Below are positions 29,616 to 42,526 of a stretch of DNA of 64,000 nucleotides, piece after piece. This DNA is from an uncultured delta proteobacterium (lineage in GTDB: Bacteria; Myxococcota_A; Polyangia; Palsa-1104). The notes under the pieces are model-generated. The model made no database searches. It saw only the letters and a list, made by a program, of their open reading frames with translations, and was not told the origin of the DNA. Position 1 is the first letter of the stretch, and every line of letters starts with the position of its first letter. Made by a program: the position numbers and the translations under genes. The stretch is from contig CAWAWS010000024.1 in assembly GCA_963785725.1 (NCBI GenBank), positions 162,151 through 226,150 on the forward strand. Direction: 5' to 3'.

Positions 29616-29714
29616 GATGTTGCCGCGTTCACCATACCATCAGCCGCGCCGCTGCTGCGCCACCGCGGGCTCCGTGTCATCATCTGGCGGCGCGCGCGTG
29701 CAGCGGAGGCGGAC

Positions 29715-31088
29715 ATGGCGGGGGAGCGGATTCTGATCGTGGACGACGAAGCGAACGCGCGAACGGCGTTGGCGGAGCTGCTGCGCGGGGAAGGCTACGT
29801 CGTCGAGACGGCGGCGGACGGGTTCAAAGCGCTGCCGAAGCTGGAGGAGCTGGAGCCGGACGTCGTCGTGACCGATCTGAAGATGCCGGGCTTGACCGGG
29901 CTCGAGCTGATGGAGAAGGCCAGAGCGCGGGATCCCGAGTGCGTGGTGATCGTGATGACGGCGTTCGCGGCGGTGGGCTCGGCCGTGCAAGCGATGAGAC
30001 AGGGCGCGGCCGACTACCTGACCAAGCCGGTGAACCTCGACGAGCTGCTGCTGGTGTTGACGCGCGAGCTCGAGCGAAAGCGGCTGCGCAGGGAGGCCGG
30101 GCAGCTGCGCGCGCGGCTGGCGGAGCGCCATCGGATCAAGAACCTGATCGGATCGTCGGCGGCGATGCAGGAGGTGTTCGCGGCGGTGCTGCAAGTGGCG
30201 CCGTCGCGGGCGAGCGTGCTGGTGACGGGCGAGAGCGGCACGGGCAAGGAGCTGATCGCGGCGGCCATCCACGAGTACAGCCCGCGGGCCAAGGGGCCGT
30301 TCGTCAAGCTGCACTGCGCGGCGCTGGCGGAGTCGCTGCTGGAGTCGGAGCTGTTCGGTCACGAGCGCGGCGCGTTCACGGGCGCGATCGGACGGCGCGA
30401 AGGTCGCTTCGAGCAGGCGAATGGCGGCACGCTGTTCCTGGACGAGATCGGGGAGATCTCGCCGACGATTCAGGTCAAGCTGCTGCGCTTCCTGCAGGAG
30501 CACGAGTTCGAGCGCGTGGGTGGCAACCAGACGATCAAGGTCGACGTGCGCATCGTGACGGCGACCAACCGCAACCTGCAAGAGCGCGTGAAACAGGGGC
30601 AGTTCCGCGAGGATCTTTATTATCGGCTGAACGTCGTCGGGATCGAGATGCCGCCGCTGCGCGCGCGAGAATCGGACATCGTGCTGCTGGCGACGCACTT
30701 CCTCGACAAGCTGGCGCGCGAGAACGGCCGAACGTTCGACGGCTTTACGGACGAGGCGCTGGCTCGCCTCGCCAGCTACGCGTGGCCGGGCAACGTGCGC
30801 GAGCTCGAGAACGCCATCGAGCGGGCGGTCGTCGTGTGCAAGCGAGCGCGCATCGGCGTCGAGGATTTCGCGGCGGCGATCGCCAGCCCCGAGAAGCGCA
30901 GCGACGGGATGCCGAAGATTCCCGGCGCGACGATGGAGGAGCTGGAGCGCTTCGCGATCTTGAAGACGCTCGAGCACACGGGCGGCTCGACCTCGCGCGC
31001 GGCCGAGCTGCTCAAGATCTCGCCGCGTACGATCCAGTACCGCTTGCAGCAATATGGAAATGACGTAGCCACCAAAGAGCCGACCTGA
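29715..31088 (+). CDS. Sigma54-dependent NtrC-family response regulator (REC-AAA+-HTH)
   Basis: [39 protein letters not shown]-terminal HTH; GGAGG RBS. Confidence 0.95.
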   Translation: MAGERILIVDDEANARTALAELLRGEGYVVETAADGFKALPKLEELEPDVVVTDLKMPGLTGLELMEKARARDPECVVIVMTAFAAVGSAVQAMRQGAADYLTKPVNLDELLLVLTRELERKRLRREAGQLRARLAERHRIKNLIGSSAAMQEVFAAVLQVAPSRASVLVTGESGTGKELIAAAIHEYSPRAKGPFVKLHCAALAESLLESELFGHERGAFTGAIGRREGRFEQANGGTLFLDEIGEISPTIQVKLLRFLQEHEFERVGGNQTIKVDVRIVTATNRNLQERVKQGQFREDLYYRLNVVGIEMPPLRARESDIVLLATHFLDKLARENGRTFDGFTDEALARLASYAWPGNVRELENAIERAVVVCKRARIGVEDFAAAIASPEKRSDGMPKIPGATMEELERFAILKTLEHTGGSTSRAAELLKISPRTIQYRLQQYGNDVATKEPT

Positions 31089-31333
31089 CGCGCGCACAGC
31101 GGCGACGACCTCAGCGGACGGCGGGCAGCGCGGCGCGTTCGGGCCGCGCCGTGCGCCCGATCGGCCTTGCGGCACGCGATGGCGCCGGTGACGCTTCGTC
31201 ATGCGCCTGCCGCTGGCGGCCGCCGAACCGGCAGCTTGCGTGCGCCCCGACGAATGGGGCGATCGCGCAAAATCGGCGCCGCTCGACGCGCCGGCCGCAA
31301 ACGGTGCGCGATCGCCCGGCGCGCACACGCCGC

Positions 31334-33664
31334 TCAGACGACCGCGGCCAAGCGACGCCGCCCGAGGAGCTGCGACACGTCGGCGGCGGGCATGGGTGCG
31401 CTGAAGTGGTATCCCTGCGCGCGGTCGCAGCGCAGCTCGCGGACCAGCGCCAGCTGCTCGGCCGTCTCCACACCTTCGGCGATCACCTGCATCCCGAGCG
31501 CATGTCCCAGCGCCACGATGGCTTGGACGATCGACACGCTGGTGGAATTGGTGCCCAAGGTGCCGACGAACGAGCGATCGATCTTGAGCGCCTGCACCGG
31601 CAGCTGATGCAGGTAGCTCAGCGACGAATATCCGACACCGAAGTCGTCGAGGTGCAGGCGCAGGTCGAGCTCGCGCAGCCGCGCCATCAGCCGCGTCATG
31701 GCCTCGTCGCGGTGGAGCAGCGCCGTCTCGGTGAGCTCGAGATGCAGCCGGCGCGCGGAGATGCCCGTGTCGCGCAGCACCTCGGCGACCATGTCGGCGA
31801 AGCCGGGCTGCGTGAGCTGACGGCTCGAGACGTTGACGGCGACCGACACCTCGCCGCGATCCCACAGCCGATCCCAGCGCGCGAGCTGTTCGCACGCCTG
31901 CCGCAACACCCAGGCGCCCAGCGGGACGATGAGCCCCGTCTCCTCGGCGACCGGGATGAACTCGGCCGGCGAGATCGCGCCCCACTGCGGGTGATTCCAG
32001 CGCAACAAGGCCTCCAGCTCCTCGGTCTGGCTCGTGCGCGCGCAGACGATGGGCTGATAGACCAAGCTCAGCTCGCCGCGCTCGATGGCGTGGCGCAGGT
32101 CGTTCTCCAGGCGCCAACGGGTCAGCGCGCTGGAGTGCATTTCGCGGTTGAACACTTCGTAGCGCCCCTTGCCGCGGCTCTTGGCCTGATAGAGCGCGAT
32201 GTCCGCGTCGCGTAACAGCGCGTCGGGGCTGCCGTAGTCGTGATGCGCGAAGGCGATGCCGACGCTGGCGCCGACCGTGACCGACGTGCTGCCGATGGTG
32301 AAGGGCTCGGCGACGGCGGCGATGATCCGTTCGGCGACGCGGAAGCCGTCGGCCTCGCTGCGCAGCTCGTCGAGCAGCACGACGAATTCGTCGCCGCCGA
32401 GGCGCGCGACGTTCCCCGGCGCGGGCTGGGACACGGCGTCGCTGGCGCGGACGCACTTGGCCAGCCGATGTGCGATGCCGATCAAGATCTCGTCGCCCGC
32501 TTGATGGCCCAAGCTGTCGTTGATGGCCTTGAAGCGGTCGAGATCGAGGAAGAGCACGGCAAACGTGGCGCTCTCCTTGCGTTTGTAGCGTAAGAGGCTC
32601 TGGCGCAGCCGATCGGCGAAGAGCGCCCGATTGGCCAGACCGGTCAACGAGTCGTGCAGCGCGTCGTAACGCAGCCGCTGCTCGGCGAGGCGGCGCTCGG
32701 TGACGTCGCTCTGCGAGCCGGCCAGCCGCACCGGACGCCCGTTCTCGTGGACGGCCAGACCGCGGCACGCCACCCAGCGCATCTGCCCGTCGCGATGGCG
32801 AATGCGATACTCGATCGCCAGCTGTGGGCTGCGCCCGCTCAGGTGATCGTCGATCGCGCGCTCGAGCGCCGGCAGATCGTCGACGGCGACGCGATCGAGC
32901 CACTCGGCGGGCGTCGTGCCCAGCTCGCAGTCCTGATAGCCGAGCATCATGCGCCAGCGGGGTGAGTAGAAGACGACATCGCTCTCGAGATCCCAGTCCC
33001 ACAGGCCGTCATTGGCGGCGGCGGCGGCCAGCGCGTAGCGCGACTCGCTCTTGCGCAGCGACGTCTCGAGCTGTTTCCGCTCGGCAATTTCGTGGCGCAG
33101 GAGCTCGTTGGCGCTGTGCAGCTCCTCGGTTCGCCCGCGCACCACCGTCTCCAGCTGATCGAGCTTGAGGTGGGCTTGCCGCGCCAAATTCCACTTCTCG
33201 GTCAAGGCCAGCGCCAGCTGGGCGACCTCGGCCGGATCGAAGGGCTTCTTCAGGATCAACATCCGATCGTTGGCGCCGAGGCGGGCGCGCATGTCCACCC
33301 ACGAATCGTCGGAGTAGGCGGTGCAGACGACCACCTGGAGATCGCCGTCGACGCGCCACAGCTCCTCGATCGTCTTGACGCCGTCCCAGCCCGGCGGCAT
33401 GCGCATGTCGACGAAGGCCAGCGCGTAGGGCGCGCCCGCGGCCGCGCGTGCGGCCGCCATGGCGACGGCTTCGCGCCCTTGATGCGCCGACTCGAGCAGG
33501 TAGCGCTCCGGCGTCTCCGCGACGACCGCGTCGCCGAATAGCTGCGACTCGAGGTCGGCGAGCGGCGCCGCCGCCCGGCGCGGTCCGAGAATCTTGTGGA
33601 AGTCGTCGTGAATCGCCGGGCTGTCGTCGACGATCAAGATGCGACGGTTCGGTTTGCTGGTCAT
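31334..33664 (-). CDS. REC-PAS-GGDEF-EAL protein
   Basis: RLGGDEF, ELEALLRW and DDFGVGYSSL all intact. Confidence 0.95.
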   Translation of the reverse strand: MTSKPNRRILIVDDSPAIHDDFHKILGPRRAAAPLADLESQLFGDAVVAETPERYLLESAHQGREAVAMAAARAAAGAPYALAFVDMRMPPGWDGVKTIEELWRVDGDLQVVVCTAYSDDSWVDMRARLGANDRMLILKKPFDPAEVAQLALALTEKWNLARQAHLKLDQLETVVRGRTEELHSANELLRHEIAERKQLETSLRKSESRYALAAAAANDGLWDWDLESDVVFYSPRWRMMLGYQDCELGTTPAEWLDRVAVDDLPALERAIDDHLSGRSPQLAIEYRIRHRDGQMRWVACRGLAVHENGRPVRLAGSQSDVTERRLAEQRLRYDALHDSLTGLANRALFADRLRQSLLRYKRKESATFAVLFLDLDRFKAINDSLGHQAGDEILIGIAHRLAKCVRASDAVSQPAPGNVARLGGDEFVVLLDELRSEADGFRVAERIIAAVAEPFTIGSTSVTVGASVGIAFAHHDYGSPDALLRDADIALYQAKSRGKGRYEVFNREMHSSALTRWRLENDLRHAIERGELSLVYQPIVCARTSQTEELEALLRWNHPQWGAISPAEFIPVAEETGLIVPLGAWVLRQACEQLARWDRLWDRGEVSVAVNVSSRQLTQPGFADMVAEVLRDTGISARRLHLELTETALLHRDEAMTRLMARLRELDLRLHLDDFGVGYSSLSYLHQLPVQALKIDRSFVGTLGTNSTSVSIVQAIVALGHALGMQVIAEGVETAEQLALVRELRCDRAQGYHFSAPMPAADVSQLLGRRRLAAVV

Positions 33665-33866
33665 CGGGCCTACACCATCTCCGTTCGGCGCCTTCGTGCC
33701 GATCGCCGAGTCGTCCCTTCACGCCGCGTGCCGAGTCGTCGTTCGCTCGCCTTGACAGCGACGGGAGCAGCGTCAACGAATTGACGCGCGACGGGCGGCT
33801 TTCGCTGGCCCGAATCTTCCAAGGGGGACAGAGCGCGGTCGACGATCGCGGGGGAGAAAACGAGAC

Positions 33867-34956
33867 ATGGCAGTGGTCTACGTGGTGGACGATGAGCCCA
33901 CCAATCGCGAGCTCATCACGGCGTTCCTGGGCGCGTGTGGGCATACGCTGATCGAGTTCGGGCGCGGCGATGACGCGCTGGCGCAGTGTGACGTGCAGCC
34001 GCCCGATCTGGTCCTTCTCGACGTGCTCATGCCGGGCATCGACGGCTTCGAGACGGTCGAGCGCTTGAAGCGGCGCGCCGGTGTCTTCTTGCCGGTCATC
34101 ATGGTGACGGCGCTGACCGACATCGAGTCACGGCGCCATGCATTGCTCGCCGGCGCCGACGATCTCTTGACCAAGCCCATCGATCCGGAGGAGCTCACGC
34201 TGCGCGTCGGCAAGCAGCTGGCGATCCGTCAGAACGCGACCACGCAGCTCGAGCGCAACGTCGAGCTGGTGGAGATGCAGCGGTTTCGGACGGAGATGTC
34301 GCAGACGATCGTGCACGATCTCAAGAACCCGGCCTTCGCCGTATTGTCGACGATCGAGTACGCGCTCGAGGAGTCGCAGAAGCTGCCCGTCGAAGTAGTC
34401 GAGGCGCTGCAAGACGCGCAGCGCTCGTCGCGCCGGCTCGGCGATCTGCTGGTCAACCTGCTCGACATGACGCGCATGGAGGAGGCGCGGCTGCAGCTCG
34501 TGCGCGAGCCGGTGGCCGCGGCCGAGCTCTTGCGCGACCTCGTCACGCCGCGCCAATGGGAGACGCGGCGGCGCAAGGTCGACATCGGCTGGAGCGTCGA
34601 GGATGGGCTCGAGCAGATCAACGTCGATCGCGGGATCTTCGTCCGCATCCTCGAGAACCTGCTCGACAACGCCGTGCGCTACACGCCGCCGAACGGCCGC
34701 ATCGTCGTGCGTGTCGCGCGCGGCCAGCACGGCCTGCGCATCGAGGTCGGCAACAGCGGCGCGGCGGTGCCCGAGACGGCGCGCACGATCGTGTTCGAGA
34801 AGTTCAGCCGCCTGTGCGCCGAATCGGGCCGCACCAACCTCGGCCTCGGGCTCTATTTCTGCCGGCTGGCGGTCGAGGCTCACGGCGGACGCATCTGGAT
34901 CGAGGAGCGCCCGGAGCTGGCGACGGTGTTCTGTATCGAGCTGCCGGAGAGCGCCG

Positions 34957-34964
<8 letters not shown>
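33867..34964 (+). CDS. Hybrid REC-histidine kinase
   Basis: VVDD, DVLMPG, VHDLKNP, NAVRY, GLGLYFC. Confidence 0.92.
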
Positions 34965-36386
<1,422 letters not shown>

Positions 36387-36390
<4 letters not shown>

Positions 36391-37484
36391 GCCGCGTGCT
36401 CTTCGTCGACGACAGTGAGGACGTGCTGGCGGGGCTGCGCAATCGCCTGCGCGGACAGCGCGGTCGCTGGGACATGGTCTTCGTGCAGAGCGGCGACGAG
36501 GCGCTGGCAGAGCTGGCGCGCGCGCCCTTCGACGTCGTGGTCTCCGACATGCGCATGCCGGGCATGGACGGCGCGGAGCTGCTGAGCGCGGTCGAGCTGC
36601 GCCATCCCGACATCGCGCGCATCGTGCTGTCGGGTGATGCCGATCGCGACGCGGTGGCGCGCGTGCTGCCGGTCGTGCATCAGTTCCTCGAGAAGCCCTG
36701 CGACGGCAACGTGCTCAAGGCGGCGATCGAGCGGGCCTGCGCGCTGCGGGCGACGCTGTGGAACGAAGGGCTGCGCGACTTCTTGCGCCGGCTCGGTCCG
36801 CTGCCGACGCTGCCGCCGACCTACCACGCGCTGGCGTGGCTGGCTCGCGATGGGCGCTCGGCCGGCACGGCCGCGGCCGCGACGCTCGTGCGTGGCGACG
36901 CGCTCGTGTGCGCGCCGGTCACGCAATTGGCCGCAGGCGCCGGCCTCGGCAGCCTCGACGGACTGACGGCGGAGCTGCTGCAGGCGTTGACGTTGGCGGC
37001 ATCGCTGTTCGCGCTCGCCGGCGAGCCGCCGTCGCTGATTCGGCTGCCCGACCAGGCGCTGCGGGTGGCGCGGCTGGCGCTGCGGCTGCTCGGCGCTTCG
37101 CGGGCGGCGCCGACCGCGTTCGCGGCCGCGCTCTTGCGCGACGTGGGCCGCATCGTGCTGACGCGAGCGCTCGGCGTGCGCGCCGAGCTCTCCGACGACG
37201 CGCAGGCGGCGCTGGACGCGCCCCAGACGATGGCGGCGATCAGCGCCGCGCTACTTGGCGAGTGGAAGATCGCGCCGGCGGTCGTGGAGACGGTCGCCTG
37301 CGCCGATCGCCCGGCCGCGCAGCGCGGCGCCGCGATCGAGCCGTGGGGCGCCGTACGGGCAGCCGAGTCCTTCTTGGCCGCCTCCAGCCAAGCCGACGTC
37401 GATCGACTGCTCGACGATCTCGCCGGCAACGAGCGGTCGCGCTGGAGTGACCTCGTCAACGAAGCGCGCAGGAGCACGACATGA
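36387..37484 (+). CDS. REC + degenerate HDOD-like protein
   Basis: VLFVDD, SDMRMP, LPTLP; LLRDVGRI in place of HDIGK. Confidence 0.8.
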
Positions 37485-38650
37485 GCGCGACCAAGGGTGA
37501 GCGACCGCAGATCCTGTGTGTCGACGACGAGCCGCTGGTGCTCGAAGGGCTGGCCTTGACCCTCGGGCGCGGCTTCGACGTGCTGACCGCGACCAGCGGC
37601 GCCGCCGCGCTGACGCTGCTCGAGGCCCACCGCTCGTGCCCCGTCATCATCTCCGACATGCGCATGCCCAAGATGGACGGCGCCGTCTTCCTCGGTCACG
37701 CGCGCGAGCTGGCGCCCGACTCGGTGCGCATGCTCTTGACCGGTCAGGCGGACGTCAACGCCGCCATCGCCGCCATCAACGAAGGGCGCATCTTCCGCTT
37801 TCTCACCAAGCCGTGCGCGTCGGCGACGCTGCGCGCGGCGGTGGCCGCGGCCTTGGAGCAGCACCGGCTCGTCACCGATCAGCAGGTGCTGCTCGAGCGA
37901 ACGCTCAACGGCAGCATCGAGGCGCTGGCCAACGTGCTGGCGCTGACCAACCCGGTGTCGTTCGGGCGCGCCACGCGCATTCGTCGCCGCGTGACGGCGC
38001 TGGCCGAGCGCGTCGGCCTCGTCGAGCGCTGGCCGGTCGAGGTGGCGGCGACGCTGTCGCAGCTCGGCTATCTGACGCTGCCGGTCGAGACCGCCGAGCG
38101 CGTGCAGCGCGGCGAGCCGCTGTCGGACCGCGAGCGCGCGATGGTCGACGGCGTGCCCAAAGTGACCGAGGAGCTGCTCGGTCACATCCCGCGGCTCGAA
38201 GGCGTACGCAGCATCATCCTGCTGATGGGCCAGCCGCAGCGCTGGGGCGAGGCCGGCGACGACGGGGCGCGCCAGCGGATCGAGGCGAGCGCGCAGATCC
38301 TGCGGCTGGCCATCGAGTTCGACGTCCTGGAAGCGGCGGGCGAGCCGCCGGCGTCCGCCATCGACGTCTTGCGCGGTCGCGACACCGGCTACCCGGCGGC
38401 GCTGCTGGAGGCGCTGGCGCATCTGCACGGCGCGGGCGCGGCCGACCACGAGCTGCGCGAGCTGTCGGCCTCGGCGCTGCGCGTCGGCATGATCATCGCC
38501 GCCGATTTGTACTTCACCAACGGCCTCTTGCTGGTCGCGCGCGGCTACGAGGTGACCGCCGGCTTCTTGGCGCGCCTCACCCACTATCCGGCGCGGACGC
38601 TGCGCGAGCCGGTGCGCGTCATCGTCTCGCGCGATACGAGGGCGGCGTGA
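37481..38650 (+). CDS. REC + HD/HD-GYP-like domain protein (degenerate)
   Basis: ILCVDDE, SDMRMP, FRFLTKP; LSQLG at the HD position, IPRLEGV. Confidence 0.85.
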   Translation: MSATKGERPQILCVDDEPLVLEGLALTLGRGFDVLTATSGAAALTLLEAHRSCPVIISDMRMPKMDGAVFLGHARELAPDSVRMLLTGQADVNAAIAAINEGRIFRFLTKPCASATLRAAVAAALEQHRLVTDQQVLLERTLNGSIEALANVLALTNPVSFGRATRIRRRVTALAERVGLVERWPVEVAATLSQLGYLTLPVETAERVQRGEPLSDRERAMVDGVPKVTEELLGHIPRLEGVRSIILLMGQPQRWGEAGDDGARQRIEASAQILRLAIEFDVLEAAGEPPASAIDVLRGRDTGYPAALLEALAHLHGAGAADHELRELSASALRVGMIIAADLYFTNGLLLVARGYEVTAGFLARLTHYPARTLREPVRVIVSRDTRAA

Positions 38651-39300
38651 GCGCCGTGCGTGAGCGCGAGCTCGGTCCGGCGAGTGAGCCGGCGAAAACG
38701 GGGTGGCTGCGCGGGCTGTGTTGGGCCGTGGCGACGTTGGCGTGGCTCGGCGCCGTCGCCGTCGGGCTCGCCGTCTTGTGGCGCTATCAGCGCGGCGCCG
38801 GCGCCGCGGCCGTGTCGTCGTCCAGGTGGCCGAGCGACTCGGCGCTGCCGCGGGCGCACGACCGGCCGACGGTGGTGCAGTTCATCCATCCGCGCTGCGC
38901 CTGCAGCCGCGCCAGCTTGGCGGCGCTGCGATCGGTGGTCGCGCAGCAGCCCGTGCCGCCGGCGGTGCTCATCCTGTTCCTGCGTCCGCCCAGCCTCACC
39001 GACGATTGGGCGCGAACCGAGAACTGGCAGACCGCCGGCGACATTCCGGGCGCGCAGCGCATCGTCGATCGCGACGGTCGCGAAGCGGCGCGCTTCGGCG
39101 CGCGCACCTCGGGACAGACCTTCGTCTACGCCGCCGACGGCACCCTCGCCTTCGCCGGCGGCATCACGCCGGCGCGCGGCGACGAAGGCGACAGCGCCGG
39201 CCGCCACCATCTCCTGCAAGCGCTGGCCGCGCCCGGTCCGACGCCGTCCAGTCGCGTCTTCGGCTGCCCGCTCGGCGATCCGCAGCAGGTGCGCCGATGA
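38647..39300 (+). CDS. RedB-like membrane-anchored thioredoxin-fold protein
   Basis: N-terminal TM, FIHPRCACSRASL, FGARTSGQ, FAGGITPARG, VFGCPL. Confidence 0.75.
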   Translation: MSAVRERELGPASEPAKTGWLRGLCWAVATLAWLGAVAVGLAVLWRYQRGAGAAAVSSSRWPSDSALPRAHDRPTVVQFIHPRCACSRASLAALRSVVAQQPVPPAVLILFLRPPSLTDDWARTENWQTAGDIPGAQRIVDRDGREAARFGARTSGQTFVYAADGTLAFAGGITPARGDEGDSAGRHHLLQALAAPGPTPSSRVFGCPLGDPQQVRR

Positions 39301-40868
39301 GCCGCGCGCTCGAGCTCTACCGCCAGTCGCGGACGCGGCTGCACGCGCGCATGGATCGGACGATGCTCGTCGTGCTCCTCGTCCAGTGGCTGCTCGCGAT
39401 CTTGGTCGCGGTCAAGCTGTCGCCTTACACCTGGGCCGGCAAGACGCGGTCGATGCACCTGCATTTGGAGGTGGCGTTCATCTTGGGTGGCGCGCTCAAC
39501 GTCCTGCCGATCGTGCTCATCGTGCTCCGGCCGGGCTGGTGGCTGACGCGTCACGTGATCGCCGCCAGCGAGATGCTGTGGTCGGGGCTGCTCGTCCATC
39601 TGACGGGCGGGCGCATCGAGACGCATTTCCACATCTTCGGCGCGCTGGCCTTCCTCGCCTTCTATCGCGACTGGACGCTGCTGGTGACGGCGACGCTCAC
39701 GATCTCGCTCGATCACTTGCTGCGCGGGCTGCTCTTGCCGGAGTCGATCTACGGCGTCGTCAATCCGGAGTGGTGGCGCTTCTTGGAGCATTCGTTCTGG
39801 GTGCTGTTCGAGGACGCCGTGCTCTTCTTCGGCTGTCGTCGCGGCGACTCCGAGCTGGCCGTCGTCGCCGAGCGCGAGTCGCGGCTGGAGGAGATGAACC
39901 TGACGCTCGAAGCGCGCGTCGCCGAGCGCACCGGCGAGCTCGAGCAGACCAACGGCCTGTTGCGCGCGAGCCTCGAGGATCTGCACGTGGCCCAGCGCGA
40001 GCTCGTCGACGCCTCGCGACGCGCCGGCATGGCCGACGCGGCCACCGCCGTGCTGCACAACGTCGGCAACGTGCTCAACAGCATCAACGTCTCGGCGGCC
40101 TTGGCGGCCGACGGCGTGCGGCGCTCGAAGTCGGCGGGGCTGGGTCGCGTGGCGCAGCTGCTCGTCGAGCAAAGGGCGCAGCTGGGCCGCTTTCTGACCG
40201 AGGACGAGCGCGGCCGGCGGCTGCCCGACTATCTGACCGCGCTGGCGCACACCGTCGACGGCGAACGGCAGAACATCGTCGCCGAGCTCGACCTGCTCAC
40301 GAAGAACCTCGAGCACGTCAAAGGCATCGTCAACATGCAGCAGGCGTACGCCGGCGGCGCCGGCATGTACGAGGCGCTGTCGCTGCGCCAGCTCATCGAC
40401 GACGCGTTGGCGCTGCACGCGCTGGTTCACGCGCAAGACGGCATCGCCATCGAGCGCGCGCTGGAGGAGCTGCCGCTCGTGTCCGTCGACCGGCACAAGG
40501 TGTTGCAGATCCTGACCAACCTCTTGACCAACGCGGCGCAGGCGATTGAGGCGCGCGGCGAGGGCGAGCGCCGCATCACCGTGCGCTGCCGTCAGGACGC
40601 CGAGGACGGCACGATCCGGATCGCGGTCGCCGACAGCGGCGTCGGCATTCGTGAGCAAGACCGCGAGCGCATCTTCAGCCTCGGGTTCACCACCAAGAAG
40701 AGCGGGCACGGCTTGGGCCTCCACGCCAGCGCTTGCGCCGCGCTCGAGATGAAGGGCAGCCTGACGCTGCACAGCGACGGCGTCGGCCGCGGCGCCTGCT
40801 TCACGCTGACGCTGCCGGCGCCCAAGGCGGCGGCGAGCGCACCGGCGCGACTGGCGAGCGTCGGCTGA
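39297..40868 (+). CDS. RedC-like membrane sensor histidine kinase
   Basis: Multi-TM sensor HLTGGRIETHFHIFGALAFLAFYRDW; H-box VLHNVGNVLNS; GFTTKKSGHGLGLH. Confidence 0.85.
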   Translation: MSRALELYRQSRTRLHARMDRTMLVVLLVQWLLAILVAVKLSPYTWAGKTRSMHLHLEVAFILGGALNVLPIVLIVLRPGWWLTRHVIAASEMLWSGLLVHLTGGRIETHFHIFGALAFLAFYRDWTLLVTATLTISLDHLLRGLLLPESIYGVVNPEWWRFLEHSFWVLFEDAVLFFGCRRGDSELAVVAERESRLEEMNLTLEARVAERTGELEQTNGLLRASLEDLHVAQRELVDASRRAGMADAATAVLHNVGNVLNSINVSAALAADGVRRSKSAGLGRVAQLLVEQRAQLGRFLTEDERGRRLPDYLTALAHTVDGERQNIVAELDLLTKNLEHVKGIVNMQQAYAGGAGMYEALSLRQLIDDALALHALVHAQDGIAIERALEELPLVSVDRHKVLQILTNLLTNAAQAIEARGEGERRITVRCRQDAEDGTIRIAVADSGVGIREQDRERIFSLGFTTKKSGHGLGLHASACAALEMKGSLTLHSDGVGRGACFTLTLPAPKAAASAPARLASVG

Positions 40869-41065
40869 TTCGCGCGGCGACCACGCGCCACGGCATCGCT
40901 CACTGCCGTCATTCTTCGTTTCGACGCCAATCTAACGTGATGTGACGGTGCTGCGGCACCAGGCGCGACGAGGTCGCCGGCTTGGCCGTTGGCGCAGGCA
41001 GCCGCGTCGAGTCGCGATCTTGGAGACGTCTCGCCGACGCCGTCGGAGCGGGCCGTCGGCGACCG

Positions 41066-42526
41066 TCAGCGGCTGACGGCGAGCGCCGGCCGAACGCTGC
41101 TGCTCGGCGCCTGCAGCGGCAGCTCCAGCGTGAAGCTGGCGCCACGTCCTTCGCCATCGCTGTGCACGCGCAGCGCGCCGCCGAGCTCGCGCGCCGCCAG
41201 CGCGCTCGAGTGCAGCCCGAAGCCGTGACCGTTGGCGCGCGTGGTAAAGCCGTAGCTGAAGATGCGGCGTAGATTCTCGGCGCCGATGCCGACGCCGTTG
41301 TCGACGACGGCGATGCTCACGCCCGCGCCCGCGAGCGGCCGCAAGCTCACCGTCAGCTGCTTGTCCGCGCGCTCCGAGGCGCGACACGACTGGCAGGCGT
41401 TGCGGATGAGGTTGACGAGGATCTGCAGCACTTTGTGCTTCTCGACGACGATCAGCGGACACTCGGCGAGCTCATAGACGAGCTTGAGCCCGTGCCGCTC
41501 GATCGAGCTCTGGTTCATCTGCACCGCGCTCTCGATGAGCGCCTGCGCCGCCACGACGTCGGTGACGCCGGACGCGCTCGCGTAGCTCTGCTGCATGGCC
41601 ACGATCTCGCGGATGTGATCGATGCGCGACTGTAGAAGCGTCAGCTCGTCGCGGGCTTGCGCACGCTCGGCGCGCAGATGCTCGTCGAGCTTGCCGAGAT
41701 AATCGGGCAGCTGGCGGGCGCGCGGGTCGCGGCTCCAGGCGTCGGGATCCTTGAGCTGCTCGCGCACCAGCGACGCCATCTTGCCCAGGTTGTCGGCTTT
41801 GGAGCTGCGCAGCCGCTCGCTCACCAACGTGGCCGAGACGTTGACGCTGTTGAGCACGTTGCCGACGTTGTGCAGCACGCCGACCGCGATCTCGGCCATG
41901 CCCGCCTGGTGCGCCGCATCGACGAGCTGCTTGTGCGCGCGCTCCAGCTCCTCCTTGGCTTGCTGTCGCTGGCGCAGCTCGTCGGTGACGTCCTCGACGA
42001 GGAGGCAGACGCGCACCGGCCGGCCGGGCAAGGAGGCGACGCGATTGCCGCTGGCGCGCAGGGCGCGCACGCCCGAGCGCGTCGGATACTCGCGCGAAAT
42101 GTGGACCGGCCCGTCGGCGTGCTCGATCTCGCCGACGAGCTGCAGCCAAGCCGCAATCTCGTCCGGCGTCAGGCCGACCTCGCCGCCGCGGCGGTCGACG
42201 AGCTCCTCCTGCGTCAGCTGCATCGTCACCGCCAGCGCCGGATTGACCGACACGAAGCGGATGTCGTCATCGACCCGCTCGATGAGCCCCATCATCAACG
42301 GCGCGCCGTCCATGAACGAGCGCAGGACCGACTGCTCTTCGCGCAAGCGCTCATGGCGGCCGACGAGCTCCTGCGACATGAGCTCGAGCGATCGTTCCAC
42401 GAGGAGCCGATCGGCGTCGGCTTGCGTGTAGGCGGCGTCGACGCTGTCGAGCAGGCGTTGCCACTCGGGCGCGATCGGCTGCTCGCCGATGTGCCGGCGC
42501 AGCTGGCGTTCGAGCAGCTTGTGCAT
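41066..42526 (-). CDS. PAS histidine kinase coupled to the FIST gene
   Basis: MHKLLERQLRR N-terminus, VLHNVGNVLNS, GFTTRANGHGFGLH; TGATG overlap with the FIST stop. Confidence 0.9.
   Translation of the reverse strand: MHKLLERQLRRHIGEQPIAPEWQRLLDSVDAAYTQADADRLLVERSLELMSQELVGRHERLREEQSVLRSFMDGAPLMMGLIERVDDDIRFVSVNPALAVTMQLTQEELVDRRGGEVGLTPDEIAAWLQLVGEIEHADGPVHISREYPTRSGVRALRASGNRVASLPGRPVRVCLLVEDVTDELRQRQQAKEELERAHKQLVDAAHQAGMAEIAVGVLHNVGNVLNSVNVSATLVSERLRSSKADNLGKMASLVREQLKDPDAWSRDPRARQLPDYLGKLDEHLRAERAQARDELTLLQSRIDHIREIVAMQQSYASASGVTDVVAAQALIESAVQMNQSSIERHGLKLVYELAECPLIVVEKHKVLQILVNLIRNACQSCRASERADKQLTVSLRPLAGAGVSIAVVDNGVGIGAENLRRIFSYGFTTRANGHGFGLHSSALAARELGGALRVHSDGEGRGASFTLELPLQAPSSSVRPALAVSR

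Noticed and set aside
33806..33820. Sigma54 promoter TGGCCCGAATCTTCC upstream of 33867 (and TGGCAG... near 44953)
   Set aside because: The -12 GC is missing in the first and the spacing is off by one in the second
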